Assembly: GCA_963668675.2 (NCBI GenBank)
Contig: CAXXMB010000002.1
Location: 2,176,001 to 2,240,000, forward strand
Direction: 5' to 3'
DNA from: an uncultured Desulfatitalea sp.
GTDB lineage: Bacteria > Desulfobacterota > Desulfobacteria > Desulfobacterales > Desulfosarcinaceae
DNA: 64,000 bases
The first letter of the stretch is position 1; every line of letters starts with the position of its first letter. Below, one piece after another: positions 8,513-18,106 of the stretch. The translations under genes were made by a program, and so were the position numbers. The notes below the pieces were generated by a model. It was not told where the DNA came from, ran no database searches, and worked only from the letters and a program-made list of their open reading frames with translations.

Positions 8513-9529
8513 CTATAAACTCACCCGTAACCGATACAACGGCACCTCAGTACCGCCGATCCGCTTCTTATACACCTCCGCTCCTTTCAGGAAATCATAA
8601 TGCCGGCAGCCCATTTCGATGCCGGCTTTGATGCTGAAGATTTTACTGAGGACGCCGACGCTCAGGGCGTTGAACTGCTCGTCGTATCCGCTGTTATAGA
8701 GGTAGCGGGTGCCATTGTAATCGAAGCAGAGCACGCTGCTCACCGGTTGGTCTCCGACGTCGAGAACGTAGAGCCGCAGCAAGCCTTCCCCGGCCAGAGA
8801 ACGGATCAGGTCGCGAAAGTAGGCGGCCATGACGTCGGACATGAAGTGCGCCTTATCCGTGCGGTTGCGCCGGAACAGTTGAATAAACGCTTCGGTGGCG
8901 CCGTCGACGCCATCACCGTCGGCGGCAAGACGGTAAGTGTACGGGCCGTTGTTTTCCAAGCGTCTTACCTTGCGCCGCACTTCATGGCGCTGTTTTCCGC
9001 TGAGCTGCATGAGATACGCTTCCCAATCGTCCGGCAGCGTCGCCTCGAAGGTGACATCGTCCTGGGTCAACCCCTCTTCGACCTGGGCCGGCATCAGTCG
9101 TTTGAGGGCATCAAGCACCACGGCGTCGGGTCTGAGGGTGCGCAAGTCGAGTTGACGCACGCCTTCTGCACGCAAGTGGGTCAACAGGGCCTCGGTCGCC
9201 GGCTCGCTCTTTTCGGGCACGCACACCACATCCTGGTAATCACACACTTCGTGGCTACCTAAGAACCATGCGGTGCGACCGTCGACGGCCAGGGGGGCGA
9301 TGGCGACGATGCGATCGCCCTCGGTGACGGTGGCGATGTAGGGTGCGCCCGGGGAGCCCAGATGGCGGCAGACGCATTCCAGCCACAACGGCAGCACAAA
9401 CAAGCAGTTCCAGGCCAGGCCGGCCGGGGAGCGGCGCCGGATCTCGGCGAAGCTATCCAGGGATTCGATGTGGACCGAGAGGTTCGACAGGGGGCGGCTC
9501 CTTTTTTGTTTTGGATGATATACGCGCAT
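8513..9529 (-). CDS. GNAT-fold acyltransferase (CelD/BcsL-like, FemAB-related fold)
   Basis: IAPL, FLGSHEVCDY, WEAYLMQLSGKQRHEVRRKVRRL, YNSGYD and YDFLKGAEVYK motifs; start uncertain. Confidence 0.75.
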   Translation of the reverse strand: MRVYHPKQKRSRPLSNLSVHIESLDSFAEIRRRSPAGLAWNCLFVLPLWLECVCRHLGSPGAPYIATVTEGDRIVAIAPLAVDGRTAWFLGSHEVCDYQDVVCVPEKSEPATEALLTHLRAEGVRQLDLRTLRPDAVVLDALKRLMPAQVEEGLTQDDVTFEATLPDDWEAYLMQLSGKQRHEVRRKVRRLENNGPYTYRLAADGDGVDGATEAFIQLFRRNRTDKAHFMSDVMAAYFRDLIRSLAGEGLLRLYVLDVGDQPVSSVLCFDYNGTRYLYNSGYDEQFNALSVGVLSKIFSIKAGIEMGCRHYDFLKGAEVYKKRIGGTEVPLYRLRVSL

Positions 9530-9617
9530 TCGCGCTGCTTGAATTGAGAACGTTGTCTTTAGACCAAATCGACGGGCAGGTCAAACCGGCCGGATACAAG
9601 CACAGGCAGCTGCCGGG

Positions 9618-10631
9618 TCAAATGGGGATCTTGTGTCCCTTCAGCGCCGCTTCGGCCAATGCATCCAGGACGCGCATGTTTTCGATGCTCTCTTCGGGAG
9701 AGAGATCCGCCTGCACGCGTTCCAGCACCACATCGGCAAAATGCTCGACCATCAACTGGTATTGGTCGGCAACCCCTGCGTGGATCTGCATGCCCTGCTC
9801 CTCGTCGGTACCGCGCAGCACATAGTCCGCATCGGCATCCCAAGGGATGAAGGCGTTGTGGGGCAGCTCGATGGCCCCACCGTCGCCGATCACGCGAAAG
9901 GTCTGTTGCAGTGCGGTGATAAACCCGGCTTCGAACGTTGCCAGGGCCTGCCCACCGAAGTCGAGCATGCCGGTAAAAAGCAGATCCACGCCGTTTTCAT
10001 TACGGGCCGCCATGCCCAGCACCGCCACCGGCTCGCGACCCATGAGCCAGCGTGCCGCGTTGACGGCGTAGCAGCCGACGTCGAGCAGGGCCCCACCTCC
10101 CTCCGGAAGGAGGCGCGCATTTTTGCCACGGGCCAGGGTCTCCTCATCCATATGGAAGGTAAATGACGCCTGCACCAGTTTCGGCCGGCCGATATCCCCC
10201 CGGTCCACACGATCTTTGATCTGCCGGCTGCGCGGATGGAAGCGGTACATCAGCGCCTCCATGAGAAAGCGTTTGTTGGCCCGGGCCGCCTCTGCCATCT
10301 CCTTGGCTTCGCGGGCGTTGCAGGCAATGGGCTTTTCGCACAACACATGCTTGCCGGCGTTGAGCGCCCGGATGGTCCAGGTGGCGTGCAGGTGGTTGGG
10401 CAGTGGAACGTAGACGGCATCGATAGCCGGATCGTCGATCACGGCCTGGTAACCTTCTACAACCCGGTCGATGGCGATGCCATGACGTTTCAGTTGTCCG
10501 GCGCTCTCTTGGGGCCGTTGAGAGCCCAGGATGCAGAGATTGCCGTTGAGCGATTTGACAATGGCCGGCAGCATGCACTTGCGGGCGATGGTGGCGTTTC
10601 CCAAAACGCCCCACCGGATGGCATTACTCAT
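9618..10631 (-). CDS. Gfo/Idh/MocA family oxidoreductase
   Basis: IRWGVLG, VYVPLPNHLH, GKHVLCEKP, GGGALLDVGCY; ATG overlaps the upstream stop. Confidence 0.9.
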   Translation of the reverse strand: MSNAIRWGVLGNATIARKCMLPAIVKSLNGNLCILGSQRPQESAGQLKRHGIAIDRVVEGYQAVIDDPAIDAVYVPLPNHLHATWTIRALNAGKHVLCEKPIACNAREAKEMAEAARANKRFLMEALMYRFHPRSRQIKDRVDRGDIGRPKLVQASFTFHMDEETLARGKNARLLPEGGGALLDVGCYAVNAARWLMGREPVAVLGMAARNENGVDLLFTGMLDFGGQALATFEAGFITALQQTFRVIGDGGAIELPHNAFIPWDADADYVLRGTDEEQGMQIHAGVADQYQLMVEHFADVVLERVQADLSPEESIENMRVLDALAEAALKGHKIPI

Positions 10632-12279
10632 CGAGCACCTCCATCGTACCGCCCTTGGCGGCAGAACGGGCCGCTGCCTCCAGTATGGCCACCACCTGCA
10701 TCGAATCCCGCAGCGGCGCAGCCAACGGCTCTCCCAGATGAATGTGGTCGGCCAGATTGCGGTGAAATCCGAAGGGCGGCAGTTGCGGGGCGGGCAACTC
10801 CCGCGCATAGGCTCGGCCCTTTTCGTCACGCAGATGGGCGGTCAGTTGCGGTGTCATTTCGGTTATCGGAATGGAATGGGTTTCATAGTAGTGCACCGGG
10901 TCGGGCTGATGGACCGTCACCTGTTGCCACTGTCCCACGATCGCCCCCCGGGTTCCGAGCAGGTACCATTTGGGTTTGCGGGCGGCGGCGATGTCCGAAT
11001 GGACAAATTCCGCCTCTTTTCCATTGACGAACCGGATCTGGATGCGTTCCTGGTCGGCGTTGGTCACATCGTGCCACACCCGTTGATGGCGGGTGCAGTG
11101 CACGGTCTGCACGGCATACGGCATCAGCGCCGCGATCCAATCCAGATAGTGTGCCCCCCAGTCGTAGGTAGTGCCGCCGCAGATCGGCGCATGGGAGTGC
11201 CAATAGCCGCAGGGGTGGTCGAAGCCGCCCACAAAGGTCTCCAGATAGAAGGGATCGCCGATCATGTCATCCCTTATCGCCTGGCGAATGGCCAGAAAAT
11301 CGGCATCGAATCGGCGGTTCTGATGGCAGCCGAGCAGCCGCCCGTTGGTGTCAGCCGCTTCGGCCATGGCGGCAGCCTCCCGGGTCGTCAGGGCCAATGG
11401 CTTTTCGCACACGGTATGTTTGCCCGCCGCGAGCATCTGCAAGCTCAATTGGGCATGGCTGTTGGGCGGTGTGGCCACGATCACCAGGTCGACCGATGCG
11501 TCGGCAGCCAGGGCATCGGCATCGGCATAGACCCGCTTGCCTGGAAAGTCGGTCTCGAACTGGGCCCGGCGCCGGGGGTCGAGATCGCAGGCCGCGTGCA
11601 GTGCAAGGCCGTCGGTCGCGGCGAGGCCGAGGCCATGCAGGCGGCCCACCGAGGGGGCATAACCGAGGATGGCCGCTCGCGTTTCGGCTGTTGGCCCTTC
11701 CACTCCGGCCAGTTGCCGCACCAGCCTGTAGAGCACCTGGCGCACCACCGGATGCCCGGTATCCTGGAGGGTGGTGACCGCGACCCATCCGCCTCCCAGC
11801 GGCCGCCGGGTGAGCATGGTCCGATGCGTATAGCGCCAGTCCGCATACATAACGGCCTCGGTTTGCCCATCGGTCGCTGTGAGGGTCTGATGGCATTCAT
11901 TGGTATAGATGGCATCGGGAAGGCGAGCGCCCAGCGGATCGTCCGGCCGGCAGAAGAGGACGCGCAGCTCGGCCGGGGCACCGAGCGGTTCCGGCTGTGC
12001 CCCGCACTCCCGTGGAAGCGACGTCTGGGACGGTTGCGTCCATACCAGCCACCCATGTCTCCGGCGATGCGCAAAGGAGCTCAACTGCTCGATTTCCGAT
12101 GGTGTGTAGGTCTCTTGGGCGGTAATCACCACCTGGTAGGGAGTCAATTTTTCGGGCAACGTGGGGCGGCACGTCAGGCGGATATGGGGTAATTTTTGGA
12201 GATATGCACGCCACGCCTGGTGGTTATCGTCCGGCGTCGTCGAAATCCATAAAACATGGATGCTCGGATGTGAAATCAT
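10624..12279 (-). CDS. Gfo/Idh/MocA oxidoreductase with about 195-aa N-terminal extra domain (possibly ThuA/class I GATase-like)
   Basis: ATPPNSH, GKHTVCEKP, HQNRRFDADF, GGTTYDWGAH in the C-terminal part; N-domain assignment is tentative. Confidence 0.75.
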   Translation of the reverse strand: MISHPSIHVLWISTTPDDNHQAWRAYLQKLPHIRLTCRPTLPEKLTPYQVVITAQETYTPSEIEQLSSFAHRRRHGWLVWTQPSQTSLPRECGAQPEPLGAPAELRVLFCRPDDPLGARLPDAIYTNECHQTLTATDGQTEAVMYADWRYTHRTMLTRRPLGGGWVAVTTLQDTGHPVVRQVLYRLVRQLAGVEGPTAETRAAILGYAPSVGRLHGLGLAATDGLALHAACDLDPRRRAQFETDFPGKRVYADADALAADASVDLVIVATPPNSHAQLSLQMLAAGKHTVCEKPLALTTREAAAMAEAADTNGRLLGCHQNRRFDADFLAIRQAIRDDMIGDPFYLETFVGGFDHPCGYWHSHAPICGGTTYDWGAHYLDWIAALMPYAVQTVHCTRHQRVWHDVTNADQERIQIRFVNGKEAEFVHSDIAAARKPKWYLLGTRGAIVGQWQQVTVHQPDPVHYYETHSIPITEMTPQLTAHLRDEKGRAYARELPAPQLPPFGFHRNLADHIHLGEPLAAPLRDSMQVVAILEAAARSAAKGGTMEVLDE

Positions 12280-12364
12280 TCGATTCCCTCCCCTTCGATG
12301 CGGATCTGTCTAAGAACCTCTACCGGTCGATCGCACGGCATTTGAACGCTCCCGACCAGGCAGT

Positions 12365-13627
12365 TCACTCTTTGAGATGCCACCGAACCCCGTCGGGTGT
12401 ATCTTCCGCCACCACGCCCGCCTGCTGCAGGCTGTCTCGAAGGGCGTCCGCCGCATCCCACTGCTTTTTTCCCCTCAGGTCGACCCTCAGCGCCAGCAGG
12501 CACTCGACCAGGGGCGCCAGGCAGGCACTGCGGTTGACCGGCCGATTGGCCAGGTGGGTTCCGAACTGCACGATCATATTGCGCAGCGCCTCGCGGGCTG
12601 CACCTTCTCCGGAACGCTCCTGTAGCTGGTCATGCACGCGGGCAATGTGACTTTCGAGCTCGAGCAGGGTCTGGGTGGCCGGTTCGATTTCATTGGCGGT
12701 CAAATGGGCCTGAACCTTGTCGGCCAGCGTCTCCACCGGCTGCCAAATCGCGTCACTGCATTCTGTTGTGGGCGCCGTTTCGAATGATGGTGACCGGGCG
12801 ATCGCTTCCGTCGTCACCCCGTGGTCAGCAACCTCCTCCCCGCGCAGCAGGCTTAACGGAACGCTGTCTCCTTTGGAAAAGACGTGCTCCCGGCCCTGAC
12901 GCCGAAGGGTAACACGCCCCATACCCCTGATGTCGGCGTGGTCCCGTGCCAGGTCGATGATCAGGGCCGTGTGCTCGTCCAGGCCCAGCATGCCGGTTCC
13001 GTTTGGCAATTGCGCTTCAAGCTGCTCCAGGCGCGGAGCCCCCATAAAACAGAAACGCGTATCGTGGTTGCCGCCTTCGGCGTTGTTCCAGTGGGGGATG
13101 ACGGCCAAGTTCATGCCGAACGCGTTGAGCAGATCCAGGCCCTTTGCCCAGTAGGGCGCCTCGCCGACCTTGTAGATCTCATAGACCGGCAGGGTGACGC
13201 GTCCCACGGTCAGGGCGGCGGCGCTGGCCGCCACAAAGGTTGCACCGTCCATAATGCGCTCGACGAGCAGCCCGGGAATTCGGGTCTGTTGCCACTGCCG
13301 CAGCGCATACGTCGGGCTGCCCGGGCCGACCAGTATGTAGTCGGCCTCATTCAACCGCCGGCACGCCTGTTCGATGGAGAGCGGCGGATCGGTTTCAGCC
13401 GACTTCATAGAGGCGATGGTCAGGGGGCGCTGCACGCGATTTTTAAAATACGTGATGGCCTTCTCAGAGATGTGGTCCGCGTTGAGCTGGAACCCTGCCG
13501 GCGTGTCCAGAAATGCGGCCCGGCCCCGGTCGCCGTAGCGCTGGATCAGCTCTTTGTGAACTTCGACCATGGTGGTCGTCAACTCGCCCGACCCCATGAG
13601 GGTGATGATGCCTGGTTGCTTTTTCAT
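12365..13627 (-). CDS. Peptidase S51 (cyanophycinase/PepE-like) domain fused to a C-terminal CysRS anticodon-binding-like domain
   Basis: LMGSGE, GPGSPTY, ASAAA (Ser), VIPHWNN (His), GLDEHT (Glu); C-terminus LRGKKQWDAADALRDSLQQAGVVAEDTPDGVRW resembles the CysRS C-terminus. Confidence 0.75.
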   Translation of the reverse strand: MKKQPGIITLMGSGELTTTMVEVHKELIQRYGDRGRAAFLDTPAGFQLNADHISEKAITYFKNRVQRPLTIASMKSAETDPPLSIEQACRRLNEADYILVGPGSPTYALRQWQQTRIPGLLVERIMDGATFVAASAAALTVGRVTLPVYEIYKVGEAPYWAKGLDLLNAFGMNLAVIPHWNNAEGGNHDTRFCFMGAPRLEQLEAQLPNGTGMLGLDEHTALIIDLARDHADIRGMGRVTLRRQGREHVFSKGDSVPLSLLRGEEVADHGVTTEAIARSPSFETAPTTECSDAIWQPVETLADKVQAHLTANEIEPATQTLLELESHIARVHDQLQERSGEGAAREALRNMIVQFGTHLANRPVNRSACLAPLVECLLALRVDLRGKKQWDAADALRDSLQQAGVVAEDTPDGVRWHLKE

Positions 13628-13696
13628 TGAGAACCCTTCGTGGGTTTGCTGTGTTCGATTCGGTTCTGTCTCATCCTTGAAGAGGCCAAAATTGGA

Positions 13697-14386
13697 TCAC
13701 AACATAAAGGAGATCCCCTCCGGGAAGGTTTCTTGGCCATCGGGCCGGTACAGGGTCACCGCGCCGCCTCCGTAGACCGACCATTTACGGCGCTCCAAGT
13801 CGCCGATGGCGCCGGTCGATTCGTCGATACCGATCAGTGTGTGCCGGGGCAGTGACCGCCTCAAACAGTCGACCCAGTGCCGTCCGAAGGTGTCGTGGTG
13901 CGGCAACACACACGCCCCGGGAAGCAACCCCAGCCCATCGACCACCCGCCGCTCGACCGGATCGTAGAAGTGGTCGCACAGTACCATGGCCCCGGCGCTG
14001 CTGCCTGCCAGCACGGCCCCACGATCAAGAGCTGTTTCGATTGCCGTCCAGGCGGCGGTGCCGGCCAGTGTTCGTGCCAAGTGCCCGGGAAAGCCGCCCA
14101 GCAGATAGATCAGCTTGCTGTCCCGAAGCTGGGCGGCAGTTGCTGCATTGTTGGCCGAGGGACGGTCGATCAGGCCCGGGACGCTCACATGGGTGGCGCC
14201 CAGGGCGCGAAACCACCGCTCTCCGTCTCTTCCCGCCCTTCCATGGTTGTTGTCCGGTGCCGCTGCCGCAGGGACGATGACCACCGCTGCATCCGCTCCG
14301 CCGGATAGTTCCAGGGCCTTCAGATCGGAGCGGCGCATCTCTCCCTGGAACTCAGCGCCGCCTTGAAGAAGCAGATGACCCCTCAT
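13697..14386 (-). CDS. Peptidase S51 family (cyanophycinase-like) protein
   Basis: [20 protein letters not shown] nucleophile elbow, VLPHH, GIDEST; ATGA overlap with the ilvD stop. Confidence 0.85.
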   Translation of the reverse strand: MRGHLLLQGGAEFQGEMRRSDLKALELSGGADAAVVIVPAAAAPDNNHGRAGRDGERWFRALGATHVSVPGLIDRPSANNAATAAQLRDSKLIYLLGGFPGHLARTLAGTAAWTAIETALDRGAVLAGSSAGAMVLCDHFYDPVERRVVDGLGLLPGACVLPHHDTFGRHWVDCLRRSLPRHTLIGIDESTGAIGDLERRKWSVYGGGAVTLYRPDGQETFPEGISFML

Positions 14387-16062
14387 TCGTCAGTCACACA
14401 CCCTACCGAGGCCGACTTCACGCTTTTGATGTACTTGAAGAGCGTGCCCCGGTTTGCCTTATATGCGGGCGCGGTCCAGCGCCGGCGGCGCTCGGCCAGC
14501 ACCTCCACCCCCACCTCGATGCTCAGGGTGTTGGCGACGGCATCGATGGTGATGATATCACCGTTTTCCGCCAGCGAGATGGGGCCGCCCTCCTGTGCTT
14601 CGGGGGTGATGTGCCCGACGATGAAGCCATGGGAGCCTCCGGAGAAGCGTCCGTCGGTCAGCAGGGCCACATCCTGTCCCAGGCCGGCTCCCATGATGGC
14701 CGAGGTCGGGGTGAGCATCTCGGGCATGCCCGGGCCACCCTTGGGGCCCTCATAGCGGATGATGACCACATCGCCCTTTCGGATCTTCCCCTCTTCCAGG
14801 GCGGCCAGCATCGCCTCTTCCGAGTCGAACACCCGGGCCGGGCCGCTGAACTGGGTGCCCTCCTTGCCGGTAATTTTGGCCACTGCACCATCCGGCGCCA
14901 AATTGCCCCGCAGGATGCGGATGTGGCCGGTGGGGTGGATCGGGTCGTCCAGGGGCCGGATGATGGTTTGCCCCTCGGCCAGCGGCTTGACCTGCGCCAG
15001 GTTCTCGGCGACGGTTCGCCCGGTGACGGTCAGGCAGTCGCCATGCAGCAGATCGTTGGCCAGCAGGTACTTCATCAGGCCCGGAAGGCCGCCCACCTCG
15101 TGCAGATCCTCTTGAACAAAGGCGCCGCTGGGTTTCATGTCGGCCAGCAGCGGGATCCGTTCGCTCATCCGCTGAAAATCATCCAGCTCCAGCGGCACGC
15201 CCACCGAACGGGCGATGGCGATCATGTGCAGCACGGCATTGGTTGATCCGCCCAGCACACCGATTACCACCAGCGCATTCTCGAACGCCTCGCGGGTCAT
15301 GATCTCCCTGGGTTTGATATCCGCCTCCAGGAGGCGGTAAATGGCCTGTCCAGCCTCCAGGCATTCGGCCCGTTTCTCTTCCGACTCGGCCGGATTGGTT
15401 GCGCTGAAGGGCAGCGACATGCCCATGGCTTCGATGGCCGATGCCATGGTGTTGGCCGTATACATACCGCCGCAGGCGCCGGCCCCCGGGCAGCTGTGGC
15501 GCACGATGGCCTGGCGCCGCGCCTCGTCGATAGTGCCGGCCAGATATTCGCCATAGCTCTGGAAGGCAGACACCACATCGAGCTTCTGGCCGTCCAAATG
15601 CCCGGCCCGAATCGTCCCACCGTAGACCATCAATGCGGGCCGGTTGACCCGCCCCATGGCCATCAGGCAGCCGGGCATGTTTTTGTCGCATCCCGGCAGG
15701 GAGATATTGGCATCGTACCACTGGGCGCGCATCACCGTTTCGATGGAGTCGGCAATCAGATCCCTGGACTGCAGCGAGTAGCTCATCCCCTCGGTCCCCA
15801 TGGAGATGCCGTCGCTCACACCGATCGTGTTGAATCGTAACCCCACCAGGCCGGCCTTCTCAACCCCGGCCTTCACCTGGGCGGACAGATCGTTGAGGTG
15901 CATGTTGCACGGATTGCCTTCGTACCAGACACTGCTGATACCCACCTGGGCCTTGTCCATATCTGATCCAGTCAGGCCCACGGCATGGAGCATGGCCTGG
16001 GATGCGCCCTGGGATTTTGGCTGGGTGATCTGCGAACTGTATCGGTTGAGTGGTTTTGGCAT
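14383..16062 (-). CDS. ilvD: Dihydroxy-acid dehydratase
   Basis: [54 protein letters not shown]. Confidence 0.97.
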   Translation of the reverse strand: MPKPLNRYSSQITQPKSQGASQAMLHAVGLTGSDMDKAQVGISSVWYEGNPCNMHLNDLSAQVKAGVEKAGLVGLRFNTIGVSDGISMGTEGMSYSLQSRDLIADSIETVMRAQWYDANISLPGCDKNMPGCLMAMGRVNRPALMVYGGTIRAGHLDGQKLDVVSAFQSYGEYLAGTIDEARRQAIVRHSCPGAGACGGMYTANTMASAIEAMGMSLPFSATNPAESEEKRAECLEAGQAIYRLLEADIKPREIMTREAFENALVVIGVLGGSTNAVLHMIAIARSVGVPLELDDFQRMSERIPLLADMKPSGAFVQEDLHEVGGLPGLMKYLLANDLLHGDCLTVTGRTVAENLAQVKPLAEGQTIIRPLDDPIHPTGHIRILRGNLAPDGAVAKITGKEGTQFSGPARVFDSEEAMLAALEEGKIRKGDVVIIRYEGPKGGPGMPEMLTPTSAIMGAGLGQDVALLTDGRFSGGSHGFIVGHITPEAQEGGPISLAENGDIITIDAVANTLSIEVGVEVLAERRRRWTAPAYKANRGTLFKYIKSVKSASVGCVTDE

Positions 16063-16260
16063 GTATATCGTTTCCTTTCATGCGTGGACAAGCTGCCGGG
16101 TGTGATTTATGCTGGTGACGCCAAATTGAACGGACCTGCCGTCCTGGCTCATTGCTTTTGCCGGACAGACCGCCCCTAAACACCCTTTATTTTATATCGC
16201 CGGTGCTTATTGTAAAGGCCGTGTTCAGACAATACCATTTTCAAGGGAAAGGATAAGATC

Positions 16261-17091
16261 ATGAAAAGAGGGCTCGTGAGGTGGATGCCGACAGCAGTGA
16301 CGCTGCTCCTTGTCTTTGCGATAGCGGCTTGCGCAAAAGTGCCGATTACCGGTCGCAGCGGCCTGCACCTGGTCTCCAACAGCCAGTTGGCCAGCTACGG
16401 CGACCAGCAGTATCAGCAAACGCTCAAAGATAGCAAGCTCTCAACCGATCAAGCCAAAACGGAAATGGTGCGCGAGGTGGGCATTCGCATCGCCAATGCC
16501 GCGGAGAGCTATTTGAGGAGCGTCGGCCAGAACGAACTAGCCAGTTCATTTCAATGGGAGTTCAATCTGATAGAAGACGACAAGACCGTCAACGCATGGG
16601 TGCTGCCCGGTGGCAAGGCGGCCGTCTACACCGGTATTCTCAAATACACCCAGAACGAAACCGGCCTTGCGGTCGTTTTGGGCCATGAAGTGGCCCACGC
16701 CCTTGCCAACCACGGCAATGAACGCATGAGCCAGGGACTTTTGACCCAACTGGGCGGCGTGGCCTTGGCCGTAGCCGTCTCCCAGCAGCCGGCTCAGACC
16801 CAGGCCCTCTTCATGACCGCTTACGGCGTCGGCACCAGTGTGGGGGTCATGCTGCCTTACAGTCGCCTGCACGAGAGCGAGGCCGACCACATCGGACTGG
16901 TGTTGATGGCCATGGCCGGCTACGATCCGCGGGAAGCCATTCCTTTCTGGCAGCGCATGGGCCAGGACGGCGGCAAACGGCCGCCCGAGTTCCTCTCCAC
17001 CCATCCGGCGCCGGACACCCGTGTCGATGATATCCGCAAACATCTTCCCGAAGCGCTGGCTTACTACGAAAAGGCCCGCAAGAAGAGATAA
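16261..17091 (+). CDS. M48 family metallopeptidase lipoprotein
   Basis: Lipobox IAAC, NAWVLPGGK, GHEVAH (HExxH), YSRLHESEADHIG, LSTHP. Confidence 0.92.
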   Translation: MKRGLVRWMPTAVTLLLVFAIAACAKVPITGRSGLHLVSNSQLASYGDQQYQQTLKDSKLSTDQAKTEMVREVGIRIANAAESYLRSVGQNELASSFQWEFNLIEDDKTVNAWVLPGGKAAVYTGILKYTQNETGLAVVLGHEVAHALANHGNERMSQGLLTQLGGVALAVAVSQQPAQTQALFMTAYGVGTSVGVMLPYSRLHESEADHIGLVLMAMAGYDPREAIPFWQRMGQDGGKRPPEFLSTHPAPDTRVDDIRKHLPEALAYYEKARKKR

Positions 17092-17114
17092 GCCTTTGCT
17101 GTCGATGGGGGGGA

Positions 17115-17786
17115 TTAAGCGGTGCGATCCAGCTGGTTCAACACCCAGACGAGGACCAGGGTGCCGGCCAGCATCCATAGCGGGCCGAACATCCACAGCC
17201 CTGCCGGTACAGCCAAATAGAAACCACGCATGCCCAGTGTGTAATGCAGGGCGCCGTGGTTGAGCACGTCTGCCACCACCTCGGGGGTGGCACTGGGATC
17301 ATGCTCTTCCAGAATGTTGATCATGAAGCCGGCGTGGTTGTAGTAGCGGATGGTCAAGGTGAAATTGAAGAAGGCAAAGAAAAAGAGCACCACCAGCATC
17401 ATGAGCTTGAACATCCAAAGCGTTTCGCTGCGCACCCCTGCCAGATTGAGGCTGTGGGAGATTTCCTGAAACAAGCCTGGCTTGAATGCAACGCTAAGCA
17501 GTCCCAGACTGATCAGGATGGCCGTAGAGGCCAGGAAGTTGGCCGCCATGACGCCGTTGCGCAAGGTCTGGACGGCCAGCAGATCACATTTGCCATCCAT
17601 GACGCTGTGTACCCATTTACCCCGTACGTGATTAGTGATACCGATCGCGGTTTCCAGCGGTTTGCGGCGCACCCTGACGATCAGGTTTAGGTGATACCCG
17701 ATGAGCAATAGAAGGGTTGTCGCAGTGAAAATGATTTCCCAAATGTAGTTGTGCATCAGAGGCAACAGTTCGGTGTTCAAGTCCAT
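17115..17786 (-). CDS. DUF599-like membrane protein
   Basis: Four hydrophobic segments; LAVQTLRN-x-MAA-x-LAST, IRYYNH and GMRGFY motifs. Confidence 0.75.
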   Translation of the reverse strand: MDLNTELLPLMHNYIWEIIFTATTLLLLIGYHLNLIVRVRRKPLETAIGITNHVRGKWVHSVMDGKCDLLAVQTLRNGVMAANFLASTAILISLGLLSVAFKPGLFQEISHSLNLAGVRSETLWMFKLMMLVVLFFFAFFNFTLTIRYYNHAGFMINILEEHDPSATPEVVADVLNHGALHYTLGMRGFYLAVPAGLWMFGPLWMLAGTLVLVWVLNQLDRTA

Positions 17787-17830
17787 CGCTTGATTGCCCT
17801 TTTCCTTTTTCCTTGAGCGTCACGCTAAAT

Positions 17831-18016
17831 TCATTCCTTGCGAGCATCCGTCAATTCGGCCATCAACTCCATCTGGCCCTGTTGAATCTCCACCAAACGC
17901 TCCCACTGCCGGGAGAGCAGGTGGTCGATCTTTTCGTGCAGGTGTCGTATTTCCACTTTCGCTTTCAAAGTGATCCGACGGTCGTTTTTCGAGCGCTTGC
18001 GATCTTTGGCCTCCTG
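17831..18016 (-). pseudogene. C-terminal fragment of a DUF1003-like membrane protein
   Basis: Open frame without a suitable start: QEAKDRKRSKNDRRITLKAKVEIRHLHEKIDHLLSRQWERLVEIQQ...; resembles the DUF1003 C-terminus; N-terminal TM part absent. Confidence 0.65.
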
Positions 18017-18106
18017 CCATTTATCTTTACAATACAGAGTATTTTCAAGAAAAACATTTCTTGAACGTTTCCCATATGCCGCAAGATGCCATTTGGTGCT
18101 TGGACA

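Noticed and set aside
10531..12192. 553-aa plus-strand ORF
   Set aside because: Antisense shadow of the Gfo/Idh/MocA genes; no motifs; expected in GC-rich DNA.
12365..13627. Annotation as cysteinyl-tRNA synthetase or MshC
   Set aside because: No HIGH/KMSKS catalytic core; only the C-terminal domain resembles CysRS.
13697..14386. Cyanophycin metabolism locus
   Set aside because: No cyanophycin synthetase in the window; only the S51 fold is supported.
16078..16152. Short ORF (MSQDGRSVQFGVTSINHTRQLVHA) upstream of ilvD as a possible ilv attenuator
   Set aside because: No Ile/Leu/Val run, no clear RBS and no terminator hairpin before ilvD.
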